Under the pieces are notes generated by a model, which had not been told where the DNA came from, did no database searches, and saw only the letters and a list, made by a program, of their open reading frames with translations. A DNA stretch of 64,000 nucleotides from assembly GCA_951406725.2 (NCBI GenBank), contig OX597814.1, positions 4,216,001 to 4,280,000 of the forward strand, in the 5' to 3' direction. This DNA comes from Octopus vulgaris. Taxonomy: Eukaryota. How positions within the stretch are numbered: position 1 is the stretch's first letter; each line of letters starts with the position of its first letter. The translations under genes were made by a program, and so were the position numbers. Of the stretch, positions 1-64,000 are shown piece by piece.

Positions 1-119
1 GGAAATATGGAAATATTTCTTTATATCACTCTGTATATCGATATTCGACTCTAAATCTTACAGCAACAGCCTTAACTTGTTACACATGTCCGGACCGAAC
101 AAGAAACAAGAAGTGACTG

Positions 120-180
120 CCGTAAACACAAACGTGTGACGACGTCCTAAAAAAATACGAAACTCAGTTAATATATAAAA
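120..180 (+). promoter_or_regulatory. Putative PHKB proximal promoter: ACGTG / TGACG / GACGTC cluster and TATA-like TATATAAA
   Basis: aACGTGTGACGACGTCc at 131-147 and TATATAAA at 172-179, just upstream of the first ATG. Motif presence only. Confidence 0.3.
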
Positions 181-257
181 AAAAAAACATTAAAATATCA
201 TCGAAATTTATATTTTCGCTTTTAAAAATAACCAATTATTTTATTTTTGTAAATCTG

Positions 258-57189
<56,932 letters not shown>

Positions 57190-57458
57190 CGCATTTCACC
57201 ACCGCCACCACCACCACCACCACCACCACCACTACCACCATCACCTCCGTCTCTCACTCGCTTTCTCTCTTGTCTTCAACTCGTGGCTCGGGTGGTGGTG
57301 TTACCCTGATTACAGATGAATCAGTGGACACACGGACACACACACATACACACACGCAATATTTTACCCACCAGTATATTTAATCAAAAACCATACATGT
57401 GAATGAAGACAATTATACATTCATATACATGTGTAATTTAAATGGGTACTAATACAAA

Positions 57459-57490
<32 letters not shown>

Positions 57491-58069
57491 ACACTCACAC
57501 ACACACACACTCACACACACAAATATTTACATAGAGATACACATTATTTTAAAACACACCCATTGTCACTATGGGCAGTTGTTTACACACAAACACACAC
57601 ACACGATGATGATGATGATAATGATAATGACACTCACGTCAGAAAAAGACAGTCACATGCAAAATCAGATACACACAAATAGATAAAGAATGACCTAGGC
57701 ACAGCCACCTACATTGATAGTGGTACTTTCACACACACACACGCACACACGCAATATGTAACACAGACAGAAAGCTATTTCAATATCCAAGAAAAAAGTG
57801 ATATTTTTTGACAACAGCAACTCTAACCATTGTTCAAACTGTTGCCCTTTGACCTCCAGCTCTTATCTAATCATGGTATTCTTTCTGTATCACACAGCTG
57901 CATAGTTTGTGATAACATGCAGCAGATATGTTGGCTAGGTCAATATAGCTACATGTGATCTCTCCCTCTCTCTCTCTGTAATATATATATATATTCACTC
58001 ATGCATACATACATATATATTGCTTTGGTTTTTATGTGTCTTGTAACACACACACACACACACACATAC

Positions 58070-58287
58070 ATAAACAACTTATAAACAAGGGCAAAAGAAA
58101 AAAATTTCAATGCCAAATATGCCAAAAATAGGCTTAATCGTCAATAACCATATAATTTATCACTATAAACAGGTGTCTCGAAAGCGTGCTTGTAGTGATA
58201 AATTATATGGTTATTGACGATTTAAGTCGATTTTCGGCATATTTGGCATTAGAATTTTTCTTTTGCCCTTGTTTATAAGTTGTTTAT
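58070..58287. repeat. Long inverted repeat (~100-bp stem, ~15-nt loop) in the PHKB 3' UTR
   Basis: Left arm ataaacaacttataaacaagggcaaaag...cactataaac is the reverse complement of the right arm, with few mismatches. Confidence 0.95.
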
Positions 58288-58406
58288 AAAATTTAACCTT
58301 TAAGGTATTTTTTTAATATGCTGGCCATTGATGAAATTTTTTCAAAAATTTTATCCTATATTAGATATATATATATATATGTATATATATATGTATATAT
58401 ATATAT

Positions 58407-58454
<48 letters not shown>

Positions 58455-58540
58455 ATGTATATAGATATATGTATATATATATATATATGTATATATATAT
58501 CATCATCATCATCATATATATATATATATATATATATATT

Positions 58541-58872
58541 ATGGTTTATAGTCATTTAAAAGAAAGTAAGAAAATCAAGATATATAACATTTAATAAAAA
58601 TTTATTATCTGCAAAAATCAAACATGCTGCCTTACAGCTGTTTCAATTAAGCCTAATAGATTAAATAGTAACTAATAAAGTCATTATATGAGGCAAGAGC
58701 TTTTGCCTAATATAACGATTTTATTGATTTTATTAATTACTATTTAATCTATTAGGCTTAATTGAAACAGCTGTAAGGAACCACATTGGTTTTTCGAAGA
58801 TAATAAGTTTTTATTAAATGTTATATATATCGCAATTTTCTTACTTTCTTTTTTTGAATGACTATGAACCAT
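58541..58872. repeat. Long inverted repeat (~150-bp stem) derived from a Penelope-like pLTR
   Basis: Arms atggtttatagtcatt...ccttacagctgtttcaattaagcctaatagattaaatagt and its reverse complement; centre aggcaa-gagctt-ttgcct. Confidence 0.93.
58593..58598 (+). terminator. First canonical AATAAA seen downstream of the PHKB stop (others at 58674, ~59012, ~59354)
   Basis: Visual scan only; actual poly(A) usage unknown. Confidence 0.35.
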
Positions 58873-59110
58873 GACTTATATATAAACCTATTGTTTTATG
58901 AATAATATTATTATTCACAACAAATATTAGGTATTAAAACCAGTAATTCATTGGATGATACCATCCCTTAATGAGGCTAATTCAACTTCTAATTGAATTT
59001 ATATATATATAAATAAAAAAAATGAAGAACAAACACAAAAACAAAACAACAACAGTAGGATGTGGTACATGTAAAGTATTTGCAGACGCTCGGGGAAGGA
59101 AAGAAAGGTG

Positions 59111-59145
59111 GTTTTACGTTTCGAGCAAAGCTCTTCTTCAGAAAC
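59111..59145 (-). ncRNA. Minimal type I hammerhead ribozyme
   Basis: Minus strand reads GUUU CUGAAGA A GAGC-UUU-GCUC GAAA C GUA|AAAC; palindromic ACGU stem III. Confidence 0.75.
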
Positions 59146-59545
59146 AGGAGACAGAGGAAAGTCCAAGAGAAAAGGAAGATGGAGGGAAAAAAATCGCCAA
59201 TGATTTACATGTGGTTACATTTTGAAATATATATAAAATTCTTTTATATGGTGTGATGATGGGGGTTGCTATCTCTAAATAACATATATTTCCTCACTGA
59301 GAATAATTCATTTTATCTGAACCCCTGTGATGCCGGAATTTTTATTCCCTAGTAAATAAAATATATATATATATATAAACATCAGATATGCTTTGCTCCA
59401 TGCAGAAACTGCAGGATCTACTGAGAGGTTTTGGCAGCTCTTCAAAACCTATTGTCATGCTATATACTTTGCTATTTCACTCCTATGTTCGAACTCCTTA
59501 TGCATCTGCTTCAGAACGAGGCGTGATCCGAGTAGAGGCCAGTGA

Positions 59546-59751
59546 TAAGGAATTAAAATGACAAAGAGGAAGAAACTATAATATGAAGTCTATTGGTTTA
59601 CAACTAATTTTGACAATTACACTGTCTGATGAAGCTTTAGTGTGACACATAAGCATTCAACTGTGAGTGCATTACGTCCTGTAGCAGAAACAGCTGTAAG
59701 CTAATGGAGTTCACAAAACAATTTCTTGTCCCTTGTCATTTTAATTTCTTA
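59546..59751. repeat. Inverted repeat enclosing a degenerate hammerhead (CTGATGA at 59626, GAAACAGCTGTA at 59687)
   Basis: 59546-59577 pairs with 59720-59751; 59583-59605 pairs with 59692-59714. Confidence 0.8.
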
Positions 59752-61329
59752 TACACACACACACACATGTATATATATATATAAAACCACTCTGATGAGC
59801 GGTTGGTGTTTGGAAGGGCATCCAGCTGTAAAAATGCCTCCAAAATAGTCACAGAAGTCTAGTGCAGGCTTCTGCCTGGCTGGCTCCTGTCAAACCGTTC
59901 CACCCATGCCAACATGGAAGGTGGACCTTAAATGATGATGATGATGATGATAGCAATGCATTTGCCACTGTGAGCTATTCTCTGACTGGACTCTATCCCC
60001 TACTTCAGTGCTGCCAAACACCTCTAAGGAATGTCCAGATTTTTTTGGCCCACCCTGTAACATGCATTTTTTAATCCTCCATCAGCCATACAGTCACCAC
60101 CACCACCACCACCACCTGGGTGCCTCTGTAACCACTATAAACACCCAACAACTATTTGGTTTTACTATTTGAACTTACCCAGCCATGACACTTCTCTTTT
60201 CTCTAACTTGAGGGGTTACACCCTCACTCATCTTCATCACCATCTTCTTTCTTTTCCAGCTGAGGTAATAACCATGTATCTCTTTCTCAGCAAGAAATCC
60301 TGTTCCTCTCCCCGCCATTATACATTAGCCCCTAATCACCCCATGTCCTCACTTGAGGGACCTTATCTTGCATGCTACATCCTGACCTTGTTAGTGCCGG
60401 TTCCACATAAAATGTCGCTCAGTGCATTCTGTGAGGTGGTTAGCATTAGGAAGGGCATCCAGCCATAGAAACCCTGCCGAATCAAGCTGGAGTTTGGTGC
60501 AGTCCTGTCGCTCCCGGGCTCCTGTCAAATTACTCAACCCATGCCAGCATGGAAAGCAGATACCAAATGATGATGCTGATCTGGACTCCATCCTTAAAAT
60601 TTTCTTCCCTCTCCCTCAGCTTCAGATGTTCTCTCTTGGGTCTCTCATATCCAAGAACAAGCATATTCTCTCTGACATCTCTGCTCTGCTGTCCTTCCTG
60701 TGTCTGATACCAACAAACTGGAACTTAATGGACTCTAGCAACAACAGTCACTCAGCATCAGTCTTCTGCCATTCTTGCTTCTCCCATCACTCCCTAATTC
60801 CTTTTTAGGCCCCTTTATTTATATATAATCATCGTTGTCATCATCAGCTCCATTACAGCCGATCTTACTAATCCGTTTTGCACACACATATTAGATAACT
60901 GGATGGTTATGTAATATGTGTGCTCTTTCCAGATACGGAAAAAATATGGCCATATTTTTTCCACATTTGCCATCTCAGAAAGCACGTTGGTAAGATCAGC
61001 TGTAATGGGTCTATAATACTGTAAACATTGATCAATATACACACTCTGTTGATAAATATACAAATGGCTATTTTTCTCAACTCATACATTCTAGACAACT
61101 ATATATTACATATATGTATGTGTGTATATATATATATGTTTGTATAAATGTATATATGTATGTATATGTATGTATATATGTCTGTATGTATATATCTATG
61201 TATGTATGTATATATGTATGTATGTATGTATATATCTATGTATATATATATGTTTGCAGCATGGCCGCAGTCAAATGACTGAAACAAGTAAAAGAGTATA
61301 TATATGTATGTATATATATATCTATGTTT

Positions 61330-61360
<31 letters not shown>

Positions 61361-61599
61361 AATGTATATATATGTATGTATGTATATTTATGTGTATGTA
61401 TATATTTATGTGTATATATATGTGTGCATATATGTATGTATGTATAACGATGATCATGATAAGAATGATGATAATTAAGATAATGACAACGATGAAAATG
61501 ATGATAGTGTGGATGACAATGATGATGATGATGATGCATCCATGCAATAGGATGTTTAAGCATTCTCAGAGATTCTTGTTTTTCAGGTGACAAAAAAAA

Positions 61600-62215
61600 G
61601 GTGAATGGTGTAACTTGTTTAAGAGATTCGTGAACTCAGGTTGTTTGTTTGTCACATTATTCAGTTTACCTTTGTCAGATTTGGTTCACTGATAATGGAA
61701 TGGTATTTTTGGTCAGTATTTATAGAATTACAACTTTTTGGAGGTTTGAATCAAAATGTTATACTTCTCAGCCTGACATAAGATGCATTTCTTTCTTTTG
61801 ATGGAATATGATGTTGCTTACAATAGTCCAATTTATAGGAATATGGTCAGTTCTACGCACTATCAATTTCCAGATATATTGAGATAGGGAAGTGGAAAGT
61901 ATCCTTCTTCTAGAACAGATGGAATGTGTCTGCTGTCTATGTCTGATTTTGAATGTGTTTCCCGTGAGCCCTATGTAGTTCTTTTCGGTATCATTTATGG
62001 ATGTTATTTTCGGACTGTGTACAAGCTTCTTTGTGAGACATTTGTCTTTAAGTGTACAGAACTGGTCCTGTTGCAGTTTCGTTCTTGTGAATGGATTGAA
62101 GTGTTTCCACTTGCTTAACTTGGATTATGGTTGGGTTTTTAGGCCATGATGTTTTACAAGCAATTGTAGCTCACTCTTAAATGTTGCTTTCTTTATTAAA
62201 GTCCATATTTGCAAC
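61600..62215 (-). mobile_element. Penelope-like element remnant: GIY-YIG endonuclease
   Basis: Minus-strand translation FCTLKDKCLTKKLVH...KNYIGLTGNTFKIRH...STSLSQYIWKL...INWTIV, then frameshifted KKCILCQAEK. This is the PLE GIY-YIG pattern; not in the ORF track. Confidence 0.85.
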
Positions 62216-64000
62216 TGGTAGGGAAATTTTCTCTCTTTTTTGTCACTTGCAGGAGTGGCTGTGTGGTAAGTAGCTTGCTAACCAACCACATGGTTCTGGG
62301 TTCAGTCCCACTGCGTGGCATCTTGGGCAAGTGTCTTCTGCTATAGCCCCGGGCCGACCAATGCCTTGTGAGTGGATTTGGTAGACGGAAACTGAAAGAA
62401 GCCTGTCGTATATATGTATATATATGTATATATGTGTGTGTGTGTGTGTGTTTGTGTGTCTGTGTTTGTCCCCCTAGCATTGCTTGACAACCGATGCTGG
62501 TGTGTTTAGGTCCCCGTCACTTAGCGGTTCGGCAAAAAGAGACCGATAGAATAAGTACTAAAAGGTGGTGCTCCAGCATGGCCGCAGTCAAATGACCGAA
62601 ACAAGTAAAAGAGTAAGAGTATAGGAAATTTTTAGTTATGTCCAAAGCTTTGTCCATACCACCCGTATAGTTTCTTGATTATACTACACCATACAGTTTA
62701 TTCTACAACATTTGATGAATGTGTGATTGTAGGAGAGAGGGCACCACCCTGAATATACCCCTCTCACTGGATAGATTCGTAGTTCTTCTACAAGGGTTTG
62801 GTAGGAATGTATCATAAGAGTGTGCCCAACATAAAGTGCTGGTAGACAAGCGGTGGAGCAGCATGGAAAGGGGGCAGGAAGGCAAGACAAGGTAAGATTA
62901 CCTTGCAGTATAGATTGATGTGCGTGGAGGCGCAATGGCCCAGTGGTTAGGGCAGCGGACTCGCGGTCGTAGGATCACGGTTTCGATTCCCAGACCGGGC
63001 GTTGTGAGTGTTTATTGAGCAGAAACACCTAAAAAGCTCCACGAGGCTCCGGCAGGGGATGGTGGTGATCCCTGCTGTACTCTTTCACCACAACTTTCTC
63101 TCACTCTTTCTTCCTGTTTCTGTTGTACCTGTATTTTCAAAGGGCCGGCCTTGTCACTCTCTGTGTCATGCTGAATATCCCCGAGAACTACGTTAAGGGT
63201 ACACGTGTCTGTGGAGTGCTCAGCCACTTACACGTTAATTTCACAAGCAGGCTGTTCCGTTGGTCGGATCAACCGGAACCCTCATCGTCATAACCGACGG
63301 AGTGCTTCCACAGATTGATGTGAACAGCTAGCAGTTAAGTGCAGCCATGAAATAAAGTCTTTGAAATGCTTAGAGGGTTCCATGGAAGTAGTTGATAGCT
63401 TTTGTTATGTTGGTGACCTAATTAACAGTTATTAATTATCTAATTAGCAGTGAAGGGGGGGTGCTGTGAAAATAGAGTAACTAGAATAAGAACATGATTC
63501 TCTCTTTCTATGAGGTTGAGAAGCAAACTTCTTATCACAAGCCAAGCCCGCATACACACACACATACATATATATATATAGGCATAGGAGTGGCTGTGTG
63601 GTAAGTAGCTTGTTTACCAACCACATGGTTCCAGGTTCAGTCCCACTGCATGGAACCTTGGGCAAGTGTCTTCTACTATAGCCTCGGGCAGACCAAAGCC
63701 TTGTGAGTTGATTTGGTAGACGGAAACTGAAAGAAGCCCATCGTATATATGTATATATATATATGTGTGTCTGTGTTTGTCCCCCCTAGCATTGCTTGAC
63801 AACCGATGCTGGTGTGTTTAGGTCCCCGTTACTTAGAGGTTTGGCAAAAGAGACCGATAGAATAAGTACTGGGCTTACAAAAGAATAAGTCCCGGGGTCA
63901 AGTTGCTCGATTAAAGGCGGTGCTCCAGCATGGCCGCAGTCAAATGACTGAAACTAATAAAAGAGAGAAAGAGTAAAGAGTATATGCGTGTGTATATATT

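Overview
This is AT-rich, repeat-dense eukaryotic genomic DNA, most likely from a coleoid cephalopod (Octopus sp., inferred from its SINE families and microsatellite load). It holds one complete + strand gene, phosphorylase b kinase regulatory subunit beta (PHKB). I assembled 24 coding exons by hand (258..57189). All introns are GT-AG with consistent phases, giving a 3270-nt CDS of about 1089 aa that ends in the CaaX box CLLS. The introns and 3' flank are filled with tRNA-derived SINEs, RTE-type LINE fragments, Helitrons, piggyBac/hAT/mariner non-autonomous elements, and mini- and microsatellites. Most ORFs in the supplied track are artefacts of these repeats. The most notable hidden layer is a set of minimal type I hammerhead ribozyme motifs (5950, 14393, 31193, 41882, 59111, 59621) of the kind carried by Penelope-like retroelements; two share a non-canonical CCGAnGA core. 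They occur alongside a Penelope GIY-YIG endonuclease remnant and a cluster of long inverted-repeat hairpins in and just past the PHKB 3' UTR. Also notable: the conserved WERG motif reads WKRG (AAG, one A-to-I edit from Glu), and a 24-bp satellite is open in frame with exon 12. All calls were made by eye, and homolog comparisons rely on recalled human PHKB sequence.
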